Shown here: piece by piece, positions 24,665-39,250 of the stretch
How the letters are laid out: each line of letters starts with the position of its first letter
Position numbering within the stretch: position 1 is the first letter of the stretch
Assembly (NCBI RefSeq): GCF_006345805.1
Contig: NC_043003.1
Location: forward strand, 85,312,001 to 85,376,000
From: Octopus sinensis
Lineage: Eukaryota
Reading direction: 5' to 3'
Length of the DNA: 64,000 nucleotides
Notes under the pieces: generated by a model
What the model was told of the DNA's origin: nothing
The model's database searches: none
What the model saw: only the letters and a program-made list of their open reading frames with translations
Made by a program: the position numbers and the translations under genes

Positions 24665-25268
24665 TTTTGATATATGAAGAGAAACGGTTCTAATCGAGTG
24701 TTCAAACTGCATCCCAGCGTCAACATGCCTCCATATTAAATACGACAAGGTATAAAGGTAGTATTTGTTGTTTAACCTCAAGTCGATCCTGAATAGGCAG
24801 ATTTTTTATCAGAGGCGTCCTTTTTTTAAAACCTATTTCATCCCAAAATTACATTATTTCATTTTTCCTTTCCACCTTTTTCTAAAGACGATGGAGTTTG
24901 ATTTGTGTGAGATTTGGCTACGATTTCTAGCAGAACGGCTAACTGGTAGAGGTCCTTCGTTAAAATGATGCATGAGGCAGTAGAGCCTTAAAGTAGAAAA
25001 TAGTCGAAAAAGACGCCGTAATTTGTTGAATTCATCAGTTTCTTGCTACTATTCCTGCCGTGGTTGACTTTTTCTTTCATCCATCCAAATATGATACAAT
25101 AAGAATCAGTAATATACTCGGATTAATTTAAACAATTACTGTTTTCTAATGAACGTATTCACAGAGCTAATCTATATGCCCTGCTTTGCTTCTTTAACTG
25201 CAGTTGTTGTTGTTGTTGTTGTTGTTGTTGCTGTTGCTGCTGCTGCTGCTGCTGCTGCTGTTGTTGGC

Positions 25269-25649
25269 TATTAGCGCGCGTCTACGATGAGTCTACGATT
25301 TTAAAAATAATTTAACATCATTTTTTATTCCATTTTAATGCATAATTTTTCGTGTGTCGATGGCGGCGGAGTTGGCGTCCACGCTCAAACACCTGCACCT
25401 GTGTTTGCTTCTCCCCCTTCTTCCCTCCCTCGTGAAGCTGTGGGGAAGGGAGTGTAAAGAAGTCAACGTCGTAATGCGTTGTCAAGGAGACCAGCGTTCT
25501 TTTAGAACAACGACTTCATGGCTTGAAGACACCAAAACAGAAATGGCTAAGAAAGCCCGAATTGGCATCTATAAGGGAAGTAACTCTCTAAAAATGCTTA
25601 TATAGTTATTTCCCTTACAAACCCGAGCAACGCCGGGCGATACTGCTAG
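25269..25649 (+). mobile_element. Non-autonomous Helitron, 5' truncated, different internal segment
   Basis: Shares tattagcgcgcgtctacgatgagtctacg and the hairpin-CTAG|T end with 1579-1972. Confidence 0.82.
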
Positions 25650-26203
25650 TAACTAATAAAGTTTCTATAAAATATCTTTCGATATTTGAAATCTTTGGGA
25701 AAATATTTATGCAACATCGTTAAACTAACTTGTGAAATGTTTTATAAACGAAGTCTAATTTTTTTTTTACTTAATTATTCAAGATAACTGGAGATTGGGT
25801 GAAATTTATGTTAATATGTTGTAACATTTTACTTGGTTTTTGGAATAATATATAACATATTGAAACATAACATTTTATACGAGAATAAAAAACTAAAATT
25901 ATAGAACATAGAAAATCTTTCTCGTCGTTCAAGCAGCTTAATATTCAGTCGAAAAATCAAGAATCGGGGAAATTCCATCAAGGTTGACTATGCCGTTTAT
26001 TCTTTCGGGATCGATAAAATAAGTACCAGTTGATGTAATTGACTTACCCCCTCTCCCGAAATTACTGTATTTGTACTAAAATGTGAAGCAATATTAGGAA
26101 TCAGCAATGAGATTCATTTTTTTTCTCTTTTTTTTTTATTTTATAGCCAATAAAAAAAAAATTACAGTAATCACAAGAAAACTTTCGGAAATAAATACCA
26201 ACG

Positions 26204-26295
26204 ATGGCATCAAGGAAAACTAATCTTCAGCGATCGGCTGCTGCAGCGGAAACAAATGGAATGAAAACTATTGATTCGGGCTTGGATATCGGCAG
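26204..26295 (+). CDS. Candidate first coding exon of the ABCC5-like gene (exon from 26147, ATG at 26204)
   Basis: Strong polypyrimidine tract plus AG at 26145-26146; ATG-initiated open frame MASRKTNLQRSAAAAETNGMKTIDSGLDIG ending in phase 2 at AG|GTCTGT. Phase fits the 42613 exon (AG+C = Ser). No homology support for the peptide. Confidence 0.5.
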
Positions 26296-26523
26296 GTCTG
26301 TCAAGTTTTATTATTATTACTGAGTAAGAGAGCAGTGCATGTCATCAAAGTGACACTGGGGTAAAATATACGAAGTCTTGTATATCCATCATGACTACAC
26401 TTCTGATAAGAGTACACTAGCTTATGCATCACAACCATATGTGCACAAGTCTCCCTCCCCCAAATATTCAGGCCTTGTGTCTACAGTAGAAAGAATTATT
26501 AATATCATTATTATTTCTCTTTA

Positions 26524-29500
26524 TCACAGATCATGTTGAAGCTCCTGGAGTCTTACGTGCGTAGTGGGCTTACTACCTGCAGCCAACGGTACCAGGCTAT
26601 TCGTTCTGTTCAGCTGTCTAATACTTTCCTTATTATTCTGGCCGTGCCAATGAGGCAAACCTTTTGTAACAGTTCTACTGGGCACTCTATTCCATTTTCC
26701 TTTATATTCCTCTTGATGCCTTCTGATACTCTTCCCAAGGACCCAACAATAATTGGAATTATCTTCACTTTCTTCATTTTCCATTGCCGGGCTTAAGAGG
26801 GTTTATCTTTTCGCCTTCCTGCTTGACTATACGTGGGTCAAAGGGGCATGCAATATCAACTATATAGCATATGTGGTGCACCTTGTCCACCACCACTGGG
26901 TCCTGTCTGTTATGCTCTAGCACCTGATCTGTTTGGATTGGGAAATCTCAGAGGATTTTCCTGGTCTCCTATTCTGTTACTCTCTACGGTTTGTGCTCAT
27001 GCCACGTCTTGCCTCTCTCTAGCCTCACACACACACACTCACTTTTCGCATAGTTTCCAGAATAGCACTTCCGCTACCTGATCTTGTCACCACAATTTGT
27101 AGTGGTTTGGGGCAAGTCTAGGGCATTTGTTCGTGATGTGGGCAAGGGTTTCATCTACCCTATTGCAGATGCGGCACAATGGAGACATTTGCTCATTCCT
27201 ATGATTGATCCTCCAGTTCGTAGCCAAAGTTTGGTCTTGTGCTGCCAGTATAGTGTTCTCGGTCTCTTTTTTAGGCTTCCTTTCATCAGCCAATCCCACC
27301 TATTTTTTCAGCAACTTCTGTTGTGGCTGCATGGAATTGATTGTGTAGTCCCTTCTTGTGTAATTCTTCTTCATAACCTTTTTGCAATTCTTCCTTTGTT
27401 TCTCCTTTTTTTCTTTGCTTTCAATACTCCCTCGTTCCTAACTGTTACTAGCAAGGTTTCCTTACTTTGGACTAGCTATCTCATTAAACTCTCGAGCTCG
27501 ATACGCACGCAGTTTTCCAAATTTATCAGTCCTCTTCTTACATTTGCTCTCTTCGTTTATAGGCGATCAGTGTCCACACGTGGATGATGGGCACCATCGT
27601 TAGAAGCTTTCTTGACTTTATGTCCATCTCCTTTAGTTCCCCCTCTGTCCACTTCAGGATTCCAGCGCCATATCGAACTACTGCGATTGCGCGCGTGTTT
27701 ATTGCCAAAATTACGTCACTGGCATTTAGCTTTGAAGCCAGTATTTTTCTCACTCGCCGCAGTTACTCTCTTTATGTCTTTTCCTTCATGCCATTATGTT
27801 TGATTCCATCTGCCTTAAGTATTCCCAGGTATTTATAGCTGGATTGAAGTTGAATTGCCTTCATCATTTCACCACTTGGCAACCATATGTTTTCTGTTCT
27901 GGAAAGCTTTCCTCGTCTCATCCCCATCGTAGCATATTTTGATAGTCCAAACTCCATCTTAATATTATTGGAGAAAATCCACATTGACTGGGCTAGAATG
28001 TCCAGTTCTGCTTCAGTCTTTGTAAATAGCTTCAGGTCGCCCATGAATAGCAAGTGGTTCAGTTTTCCTCTTACCTCTTCCCAGATCATACCCAACTTTG
28101 TTTTCTGTAGTATTTCACTCAAGGAGATCATTCCCAGCACGAATATCAGTGGGGGAACACTCACCACTGAAAGATACGTCTCTTGATTTTCATCTCTCCT
28201 AATACTTGATTACCTGCTGTCAATTCCGATCTCCAGCATTTCATGCTATTCCATATAAAGCTTCTCATATTTTCTGCAACTCCATACATTACCATTGCTT
28301 TTATTATCCAGGAGTGTGGTATCATATCGTATGATTTACAATAGTCAACCCATGCCATGCTCGGGTTTATGTGTCTTCTCTTGCAGTTCTTGATTATTAA
28401 ATTATCAATTAAGAGCTGATCCTTCGTTCCCCGACTTCTCTTTCGGCCATCGGACCTGACGTTATTTTCCACATTAGCGGAAGGCATATTATTGGTCTAA
28501 AGTTGGATGCAGCATTTCCCTTTTCAGGATCTTTGGCACACAACACTGTCTTTCCCTTTGTCATCCAGCTGGGTACTGCGCCTTTCTGCAAACACTCATC
28601 TACTTGCTACGCTATCCTTTCATGGAACCCTCTCAGCTTCTTCATCTAATAATCTTGGACCACATCTAGTCCTGGGCTCTTCCAGTTTGGGAATTTTTTA
28701 AACTGTTTTTTTTAATTATTTCTGTAGTTATCTTTGTCTTCTTGACCTTCTATATTTCTTAACCTATCTTGGATTTCATGCAGCTACTCCGCTTCTTCAT
28801 TATACTCTACAGGTTGGTCCCTGATTCCTCTCCAGAATGCCTAGTTTTCCTCTGCATCTGGTATCATTATTGCGTGTAATTGTCCATCTAATTCCTGAAA
28901 CAGTTTCTTCTTATTTGCTTCAAACAAGCTGTTTTGCCTGAATTGTTTTAGTCTGTTGTCACCTCTTTCCAGTCTTGCTTTGATTGCTACTACTCTGTTT
29001 CAATTCTTCAAGTATCACATCGTACCCTTTATCTTTTGTTCTATGTTCTCCCCAACATTATTCTTATACTTTCGTACTGTAATTCCCCTCTACTCAATCT
29101 ATCAACTTGTCCTAAATGTCTTTTTAACTTTGTTTCTCACAAATTCGTCAATGCCTGAACGGCTCTTTACGTTCTGTTCGTTCTTTTCTTTTGTCTCCAA
29201 CTCTATCTGCAGCAACCATAGCTGCAGCCCAAATAATCTTATTAGTTTCGGTTATATTTCTCGTCTGGAATAACCCAAGGACCGAATCTATCTTTTCGGT
29301 TTCAACTTTCAGCTTGTGTCTATCAATGTATCTCAGATTGGGGGTGGGTGCTTGTTCCTGGTCTTCTCTAATATATCGGCTCAGCATACCCACTATATCT
29401 TGTTGGTCATCATCGTATTCTTGTGCTATAGCTCTTCCTCTTACTTCTGCTTAACTTGCTGAGAATACATTTACATTTACACTTTGCTCTACGTCTTCAC

Positions 29501-30460
29501 TTCCACCATTCATTTCTTTGTTCTCACTGGGCAAAATATCTGTTGGTGAAGTATTATTTCTATTTTCTACTCTCCTTTTTATCTCTTCAATTTCCATCAT
29601 GTTTGTTAACCGTCCTTTTATTCTTATTGCTCTTGCCTGGTCGGCTAACAGTTGTTCACTTATTTCGAAGAGTCCTATTTCATTCCATTTTGCTTTCATT
29701 CGTTGTCGGAATCTCCTTCTCCTGCGTTTACCCCTGATCCAGCATTCAATTACCGTTCGGTTTGCCTCCTTATCCCACTTTCTTCTCTGGTTTTGTGTAC
29801 AAGCAGACTCTTGATGATGACCGGACCTATACTGTTCAACCACAGGGCACCTGCCGGGCGAAAGGCTTTCACCTTTGGTTCCACCCTCATTAACACCGTT
29901 ATTTGATACATGTGTATTAGACATTTTCACTCAACAATGAGTTTTGTGTTTTAAGGTTAGCTACCAACCGGTATTTATCGAAACAGTATCTCTAGTAAGA
30001 TTGTCAACCAAGACTGCAGAGTTTTTACTACCCATAACTTGGGGCTGTTCCCTTTGCATTTGTGTGTTGGGCTCCATGATCATGATTCTCACTAGGAGAC
30101 AGGTGAGCGTCAGTTGGTCCGGTATCTTCATCCAAATATTGCTCCGGAATTAAGTCCCGATTCGCGGTTCATTCGTCCTCATGGAGCCGTTGGACACTGA
30201 CAGGTTGTCACCATTGTGACTAAGGAGTCCTATCTACTCCAGTTTTAAATCAGGGTGTTCCTTCTTCTAGACAGACTGCCAACCAAGGCTCACGAGTTCC
30301 GTCTACCCTTTTTCGAAATGGCCATTGACTCTTCTGAGTTAGCCTGCACTTTACCGGGTTCTGTTTTTAATCCCACAGGGTGTCTAAAATCCACCCTCCT
30401 CACCAAGCAAACTTAGTGGGGTTACCGGTTTAGTCGCCGACGACTCGACGGTTTCACAAC
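26524..30460 (-). mobile_element. Near full-length degenerate RLE-type non-LTR retrotransposon (R4/Dong-like)
   Basis: Fragments in order: RRKWDKEAN N-terminus, [26 protein letters not shown][12 protein letters not shown], NHLLFMGDLKL, AAQDQ-x-L, CRIC...ETLAHITNKC zinc knuckle; many stops and frameshifts. Confidence 0.9.
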
Positions 30461-30891
30461 GCCATTTGTTTATCATTCTAGGTAATTATCAATCTGGGTA
30501 ATTATTTACTTATTCACTATTATAATTTCAGTATTACTACTAAAATCCCTATCTTATTATTTACTTGTTCACTACTATAGTTTCACTATTATTACTATAA
30601 GACTTTGAGGTCTTAATACTGTCTCACCTGATTTCTTTAAACACTAAATGATGGCAGATTTACGGCTGTTGGTTTAGCTCCTGATGATGCTGCGGCGCTA
30701 AATAGAAGAGCGAGCTTGTGTCTACTAATAGAGGTTGTTTGATTGGACTGGTAGTTGACATACCTGGCGGTCATATGGGGTCGGGTGGGAGGTGATTTTT
30801 AAGAGGAAAATCGACGCGTTGGATATAGAATAGCTAAGATATAGAAATTTATGACCATCTCAAAGTTTTAATAAAACTATAGTAGTCTATC

Positions 30892-30892
<1 letters not shown>

Positions 30893-30927
<35 letters not shown>

Positions 30928-30957
30928 ATTATTATTATTATTATTATTATTATTATA

Positions 30958-30988
<31 letters not shown>

Positions 30989-31000
30989 TATTATTATTAT
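30893..31000. repeat. (TTA)n microsatellite
   Basis: Directly visible; abuts the 3' end of an RLE LINE. Confidence 0.95.
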
Positions 31001-32622
31001 TCAATAGTCTTAATTTTACAAAAGTGCTTTAACTGCTCTACCGACTACAGCTCTGTGTGCATTGGATATGTGCTGTGGTTTGTTGTGATGCTCTTACTTT
31101 TACTGTATTGAAAGTGTTTTACATATGAAGTGTGCAGTGCCTAGTAGTGTTATTTTCTGTATTTTATATATACTTGTTAGTCCTGGTGTTTTTGTTATGT
31201 ATTTGAATACTTTTTTATCATACCTAATTCACCTACTATGATAGAAAGTGTTTGTGTTTTTAGACTCCTCATTCGAGTTACCTCTATTTCCAGATCTTTA
31301 TATTTTGAAAATTTCTCCGTTTCCTTTAGAGAAACATTATCATCTGTTGGTATTGATACATCGATTAGAAAGCATTTTTTTTGTTGGTGACATCTGACAA
31401 TTATAAATGGCATATTGGCCTTAACTTCTCTATCTGTGTGTATTGGCGTATCCCAGAGTATAGTTGCTTTCTCATTTTCTGTGACCTTATCTGGTGTATG
31501 CGTATATTTTCTTTTTTTCTGTTGTTATTCCACAGTGTTGGCATAGCTTCCACTGTATATAGGTCCCAACTCTGTCGTGTCTGTGAATATATTCCTTCTT
31601 AGCTAGGTCTGGGCAGCCAGAGACAATGTGATCTATTGTTTCTTCTCCATTTCTACATATTCTGCAGTTACTTGTATTTCTTTTCATTACATGTTTTTGG
31701 TAATTTCTGGTGGGAAGGCCTTGATCTTGTGCTGCAATTAAAAATACTTTAGTCTTTGCCTTGAGCCCTGAGCTTCTCAGCCATTGTTGGATATTGCTTT
31801 GTCTATTTCTTTTCTCTTTAGTTTAACCCTGTATTTCTGTATTTGCCATGAGGGGGGTTTTTCTTGTCATCGTTCTATCAGGATACGTTGCTATTCGAGT
31901 TTTAGTTTGGATTTCAGTTGTTGTACAGCTTTCGTTGTTTCTTCGTTTTCTTCATAGTTGTAAGGTACTATGACTTCTTTTTTGTATTTGTCAGCTTCCT
32001 TAAAGACAGAAAACAGTTTTTTGTTGTGTTCGTGTTTTGTGGCTATTTGTATTAGATTTCCTTGCTTCTGAAGTAGGTATTTCTATAGTTCTATGGTGGT
32101 TATTTTGTATTAGTTTTCTAGCTGAGAATGCATTTACATTTACACTTTGCTCTACGTCTTCACTGTCACCATTCATTTCTCTGTTCTCACTGGGCAAAAT
32201 ATCTGTTGGTGAAGTATTATATAACCTTTCTGTGACAGATTTTGGCTAGTGCATCCTAAATCCTGTCTTATTTTTCTTGTTTTCCTGTCTATTTTGATTA
32301 GTACATTTATAGTCCAATTAAGAATATTGTAGCTGTAACTCATTAATGGGACAACTAGAGTGTTGATACCTATTATCTTGTTTCGCGCATTGAGCTGTTT
32401 TCGGTATTAATCTAACTCTATAATATTCTTTTCTTATATTCTCTCTCACTTGTGTGTGTTGTATCGTATATAGTTCATTGATTCTTAAGTATTTGTATGT
32501 CTGGCTTTCGTCTAATTCTCTTGTTTCATTTTATTTATCTAGTGTTATGATGCTACTCTTAATTAGTTTTCCTCTTTTCAAGGCTGCTTTAGCACATTTT
32601 TCTAAACCAAATTTCGTGTTTA
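31001..32622 (-). mobile_element. RLE-type LINE 3' fragment with internal insertion
   Basis: CRICRNGEETIDHIVSGC...YIHRHD and CFLIDVSIP...EKFSKYKDL...IIVGELG (restriction-like endonuclease). Confidence 0.88.
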
Positions 32623-32700
32623 TTTCTTCTTCTTCTTCTTCTTCTTCTTCTTCTTCTTCTTCTTCTTCTTCTTCTTCTTCTTCTTCTTCTTCTTCTTCTT

Positions 32701-32731
<31 letters not shown>

Positions 32732-32745
32732 TTCTTATTCTTCTT
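32623..32745. repeat. (TTC)n microsatellite
   Basis: Directly visible; explains the poly-Ser ORF. Confidence 0.95.
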
Positions 32746-35138
32746 GTATTAAAACTTACAGCTTATATTGCTGGATACGTATGGAAGTGCCAGCTGCGCA
32801 CAGCCAGCAGACTAAGGTGACACTTATTTTACTGGTCATGCTTCAAGAACCCTGCAAAGAATTCTTGCAGTTTCAAGCAATACTGGTTTTTGTAGATGTT
32901 CTACATTCACACTCGCACCGACCTTTTCAGCCATGCTGGTAGTTGGGTGCTGATACTTCCAAGTACACAAGTTACTATTGGTATCGCGTCTATTCTCTTT
33001 ATTGAACACAACCTTCGTATTTCCCACTTTAAATCGTCATTGTCGTTTATTTTTCATTCATTCACATTCATCCTGTTGTCACCGGGGAATGTTCTGTCGA
33101 TTATCATACATGTTCTTTCTTTTTTATTCACCACAACAATGTCTGGTCAGGTGATCACACTGGATCATTGCATCCTACAGGATCTTGCAATTCTCATTTT
33201 TGGTGACTCTTTCTGTGGTTTATTGATACCACTTCTTTGCTTTTTGTAGGCCGTGATTTACACAGAATTCTCAATGGTTCGTTCTTGCCACATTGTCATG
33301 GCGTCATTTGTATTCCCGTTGTGCCAATTTCGAGTATTCGCTAACAATGTGCCATACCGTTTCTGCATTTGTCACTATCAGTAGTGTTGTTTATTCTACA
33401 CTTCATATAATTGGTCCTTAACTCTTGTTCCTGAGCTGCGCATATGAGTGCTTCTGTCTCTATATTCAGATCACTCCTCCTCTTCCATAGCCACTGATCC
33501 TCTGTATCTATCTTGGCGTTCACATCGCTTGCAAACTGACCGTTCATTTTCTTTGCCTCCCATGCTTTTTCTTTTTTTTCTTTTTTTTTTCATTTCTTAT
33601 TTAAATTTTTATTTAGTTACACAGTTTTTCAGTTTTGTGACACCAGCCTTCTTCATGCGTTTCAGCAGTGGCTCCATGGCATTTTTCATGTACCACTCTA
33701 GGCTGTTTTCCTCTGCTTCGATACAGTCCTGGCAACTGATCAAGCCTCTCCAACCCTTCCTTCTGGACAAGTACAGCCTATCGGTGCCTTAGGGTGGAAG
33801 GCTCCGTGTACTTTCAACATTTTTCTGGTCTTGGTATCCATTTTCTTCATTTCTCGCTTTTGCCATTTTATAATTGCCGCTCCATACCGAAGTGACGCTA
33901 CCACCCACGTATTAACTGCTTGGATTTTATTCCATCCAGTCAATTCTGAGCGCAGCACCAACCTCAGTCTTCGGAAATACTCCATCTTCAGTTGCTCATT
34001 CATTTCCTTTACCATTATCTCGTTGACCTCTTGCTTAATCAGGTCTCTATTCGGTAATTCTATCCCTGCTAGAGACTGTATCTTGCCCTTTTTAGGAAGA
34101 TTATTCCGCACTTCTTGAGTCCAAATTTTATTCTAATATCAGTACTAAAACAGTGGACCGTGTTCACCAAGGAACTCACTTGTGTCTCATCTTTGCCATA
34201 GAGTTTCAAATCATCCATAAAGAGGAGGTGGTTGATTGTATGGGATTTTTCCTTTAGTTGATACCCCAGGTTCACTTTCCTGAATACCAACGATAGGGGT
34301 ATCATGCAGAGAACGAAAAGCAACGGAGATGGGCTGTCACCTTGGAAAATCCCTCTTCTGATACCCAGGGTGCCCGGGCTTTTTCCGCAAGATGTCAGTT
34401 TTTTTTTCTATCCCACCATACTTCTTTTCAGGAAACACGTTACATTACTCGCAATTCCAAAAAGATCTAAGCACTCAATGATCCACGAATGTGGAGTCAT
34501 ATCATAATCTTTGTGATAGTCAATCCAGGCCATTCCCAGATTTGTTCTTCGTTCACAATCTTGCATTATCATTTTGTCTATCAGTAGTTGATCTTTGGTT
34601 CCTCTGCATCTCCTTCTACAGCCTTTTTGTTCTGGCGGTAATATACCGTCCTCATTAAGAAATTTATACTGTTCTTCTGGAATTCCTCCTGACAGTAACT
34701 TCCACATTAAAGGGAGGCAGGAAATTGGTTTGTCAGCATTTCCCTTTGATGCATCCTTCATGCACAACACCGCCGTTCGACCTTTTGTCAACCAGCCCGG
34801 GATCACTTCTCTGTTGATCAATGCATTAAATTGCACTGCGATCAGTTTATGGCAATTACTGAACTTTTTTATCCAAAATCCCTATACACCATCAGGTCCT
34901 GCTGCTTTCGATTTGCTTATCTTTTTACTCATATTTCTGATACTGTCTTCTGTGAAGTGGTTAGTCTCTTACTGGGGATATGAAGCTGTTTGCTTCAGGC
35001 TGCAGAGCCATTCAGCTGTAGTATCGACTTTCATCAGCATCAGAGACTAAGCTTTCCCATTTTTACTGTCATTAATCTCTTGGTAAAATCGCCTTTGGTC
35101 ACTTCTAAGCAATTTCTTTTGCTGGTATTGCTTAATGC
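32746..35138 (-). mobile_element. RLE-type LINE 3' half (RT, CCHC, endonuclease remnants)
   Basis: [64 protein letters not shown]. Confidence 0.9.
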
Positions 35139-35897
35139 GTTGTTCAAAGGTGAATTATTCAAACCCCAAAGAATTCAACACACGGCTATGATGCTCCCCC
35201 ACTACTTCTGCTCATGACTAGAGATGTATATATCGTCAGCCACCAAAGGACATGCTCAACTGTTTAAGGTCAAACAACTAACAAGCAAATCTGTGGTATT
35301 GAGCAGAATATTAGCTGTATTCCATCTTTTTATACCAAGACAAAACAATGTACATGATAACACCTCCAATCAATTAAGATCAGAAGCCATGAGAGCCACT
35401 ATCAGGTACTGCATCAGGGCATTTATCATTATTATTATGTGAGAGAGCAGCGCATGCCAACAAAGTGACACTGGGATAGAAATATTCGAAGCCTAATATA
35501 ACTATCACGACTACTCGTCTAATAATGGTGTACCAGGCACAAGCATCACAACCATATGTGCACGACATGGTAATCTCATATCAAGATAAACAGCGCATGA
35601 CCTTGCAGGTAGGGCCCAGTTAGAATTTTCTTCAGGTTGGGGTAATATATACGAAGCGTAGTATACTCATCATGACTACCCGTTTGATAAGAGTACACCA
35701 AGGACATGCATCGCAACCATGTGCGCGACATGGTGATCTCATATCAAAATAAACACTACATGACCTTGCAAGAGGGGCCCTGTTAGAATTTTCTTCAGGT
35801 TGAGTACCTCCTCTCGCTCAAATGGTCCCTGAATAAGGTTTGTTTCCGGAGGATGTGAAACTCCAAAGAATTTCTCTCAACACATGGCTGTGATGCC
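35139..35897. mobile_element. Tandem partial copies of non-coding repeat family C
   Basis: Both parts match 60566-61089; internal duplication around 35640-35800; junction in attattatt. Confidence 0.78.
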
Positions 35898-36490
35898 AGA
35901 AATTTGGCATCTATCTTTACCAGGAGATTTCCACTTATGAGCCTTCGTGAGTGTTACCCTTAGATATGCTATTGTAATTTCTTCCTATGCTTGTTCTGGT
36001 AAATTTTGGTAGGATTCTCCTGTGCATCTAGTCCAGTCTGCATTTTCATTGTATGTCTTTTCATCACTCCAAATACTTTTCCAAAAATTCATTCAGGAGG
36101 AGGCGGGTCTTCAACGGTTATTTTCTCCTTCCCTATTTCTCTGTAGAATGTTTCGCATTGGATGTGAACAGCTTATTTTGCTTGTAAAACCTGTTTCTCT
36201 TCTCAAATCTTCTCATTCTTTGAGCTTTTGCTTGGACTTTTTGTTGCAGTGTTTCTTTTGCTGAAAGCAGTTCTTGGTGAGAATCTGTTTTCCCTTCATC
36301 TTTCTTCCTTTTCTGGTTTTTACATTGTTTCCACAGATTAGTTCATTTAATATTGATATTTCACCTCTCATTATTTCAATCTCTTTTTCAATTTTATTTC
36401 TCCAGTTTGGAATTCTTTTTGTATTTCTTTGTTTTTTTTTTTGTTTTTTTTTTTTTTGGAGGCATACTGGTTTCAATTGTCTTAGCAGAT
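35897..36490 (-). mobile_element. RLE-type LINE fragment (pre-RT region)
   Basis: PNWRNKIEKEIEIMRGEISIL and downstream FWK-x-IWS / W-K-S-P-G-like remnants. Confidence 0.65.
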
Positions 36491-37349
36491 GCGTAAATAT
36501 TTTCATTCAACTCAGTGAATTCAACTATCAACTAGCTCTTGTATGATTTCTTTTGTTACATAGTTGCTAAATTTTAATGTGTAGTATTATTAAATATTGT
36601 TTATTTTCGACTGTTGCCTTAAGATAATGATAAGTATGTGAGGGATGGGTAAGAAGAAAAGCAGCTTGGTGGACACAGCCAAATACCACTAGTCTGTAAA
36701 TAAGTTCAGTATATAGTAACAAGGAGTTCAACAATAGAGTTTCACGTTCCTGCGCGATCAAACAACAAAAGGAGCAGGCATTCCCTACAGCAGAGGTCAA
36801 ATATATGTTTACTACCTCAGTGGTCCATGGAAATTCACCTTGTTTTGTTTTAATTACTGCTTTAATTGCTTTGCTAAGTAAGAGGAAATAAACTGCGAGA
36901 AGGTATTTCGATACCTTGGAGACGGTAGTAATGAGTGGATTTCCCTCGAATTACACTCGGCGGACTGCCCCGCAATTTGAATATACACACTGATATTTAC
37001 ACGGTTGGATTTGATTTGATTTTTACAAGTTTTCCCGTGATTTACAGTTTTTGTAATTGTGCAATTTGTAAATATTGGTAGTTGCTTATCTCCTGTATTT
37101 TTATCAGTTCTGGAAAGTGTTTGGAGAAGCTACAATTTTTCTTGGGTATGAGAGAGAAACGTTTGTGTGTTCGAGACGCTAGGAGAAATTAAAGGATTAT
37201 GTACTCACAGAGAGTCACTTATTTTGAAGTTGGTAAAGTTAGATAGCCAGAGGCGTTTAATAGTATTCTTATATGTTCGAATAGTCAGGGAGAAAGAAAA
37301 GGTTAAATATTCATAGATATTAAAGTTTCTAAAAGTTTTTAAAGATGAT

Positions 37350-39250
37350 CGTTTGTGTGTCCGACATATAGTTGGATGGCTTCGGTCTCATCTTCAGAGG
37401 CTGGGTCACCACAGTGTACAACGGCATCTACTCGATGGATAAATAAACAGGCACCTTTCGTAACCTTTCAGTATCGAACGGGCGATCCGCTAAGGATTCC
37501 CCAGTTCCCTCTCCCATATGTTGTGGTTCTGGAGCCTTTGTTGTGAAGGTTAGAGAGTTTTAGGTGTATCCTGCAGGAATTGTGTCATAGCAGAACAGTG
37601 TCTGTACACATGGACAACGTCACTGTCATGGTGCCGGACACTTCGGATATAGAAACGATCGCCACTATGCTGAAAGAATACTAGGAGTATACATAATCCG
37701 GGACAAATATGTGATCTTTCGACGTGGCACTTAGAGAAGCAAGACCATTTTGACCAGCGGCGATTTCTGTTGCTGGACTGAGGACCCGGTGAAAGTGCTC
37801 AGAATCTGATTCGAACCAGTCCTCCACATTGATAGGAACTGGAAAGCGCGGTCACAAGCAGGATGGTCAATCCCACTCCAAATTGGGCCGACAGGAAAAT
37901 GTATCTGAAAGTCGAGCGGAAGTAGCAAATTCATACATTACATCGGTGCTGTAACTACTTTATTTTATTAAATTTGCTATAAAGGCAGTACATAGAGTAA
38001 GGTAGCTTGCGGGATGGACACGGACATTAATGAGATGAATTATAATGATACAAGGATGATAAGGATGGGAGAAGGCAAAAAGCGCCCGCCGACTGTTGCT
38101 TCTCTAAAACATTGTTCTTTTTTAAAAAGCACTAAATGAGGTATTAACCCTCTTATAATTTTACAATTGTTCCAATTTATGGACTAAAAAGTCCATTACA
38201 AATAAAAACAATTTAACACGCATAATGAGGCGATAAAACTATTACACAAATGAGTCTTCATCCCCAATCAACTTTCTTGCCTCCTGCAGGCATTCCTGCA
38301 GCCGCAAGTTGGGGACCCATAAAAGTGGTGTAACTACTGCCTAACCGCCGTACTTTGTCCCATGAAACACTAGACCAGATTGGTGTGCTTCCTTTTCCTT
38401 TTCCGTTTCTTATGGAATAGTCACGTTCCGCTGGTCAAGATATCGGTCTACTGTCAACATCCACTTCGTGGTGATCTCAAGGTGTTGTCCTTCATGGTGC
38501 ACCGAAGTTGAGGCTGCGCTGAGGCTGACGGGACTGTAGAAATATCAACAGGAATATTGCAATGGTATCGACGACGACGACAAAAACGAGGATGAACAGA
38601 GGTAGGCATGTTTCTTGTAACAAATCTTTCCGCAGTTTGTCTCCTTGACCGAGCTGCTATCATAGATCAAGCATAAAGGAAAATTGGTTGTTTGGCATTT
38701 AGATTGTTGCCAGCCTTTCGCAAAGCTGCTAGCAAGAAAACAATACTAAACTTTTGATCATATGAGAAACAATGCTAGCAAGAAAACAATACTAAACTTT
38801 TGATCATATGAGAAATAATGAATGGCCTGAGCATCAACGAGAACAGTCTGAGTAGTCTTTTCTGGAGGACTTTCAGGTGGGGTACTATGGAAAATTGCCA
38901 AAAACCCTTGGCACGGCAGTGCTACAGTGGGTCAAAATCTGCTTCAGACTTGGCAGCGTCAACAGCAGAACCTGTACGAGATGCATGCAGCAGAAAGAAA
39001 CCATCCTGCACGTCATCTTTCAATGCCTATGCATGTACACGAGCGACTTGTGAGCTGTCACGTGTTGAACGAATTCAGCTGTCGGCCAAATTTGTAATGA
39101 AGATCGATGCGCCAGCTGGGAAGGAAGATAAATATTTCCCTACTCGGTGGCAGTGGCGAAAGCGGTTGCGTTAGGCTCGTCTGAAAGGTTTAAAGACAGG
39201 CACTTACTATCTGGTAAAGCTGTCATCACTTTCTTCAAGTACAACTTGAA
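37350..39250 (+). mobile_element. Highly decayed L1/Tx1-like LINE fragment
   Basis: PLPYVVVLEPLL and SVHMDNVTV resemble the RT PLSP...EPL and YADD regions; bracketed by a direct repeat of about 110 bp. Confidence 0.6.
37960..38328 (-). mobile_element. 5'-truncated retroposed insertion with 10-bp TSD
   Basis: tgtaactact at 37950-37959 and 38329-38338; T-rich left edge equals an A-rich tail on the minus strand. Confidence 0.65.
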
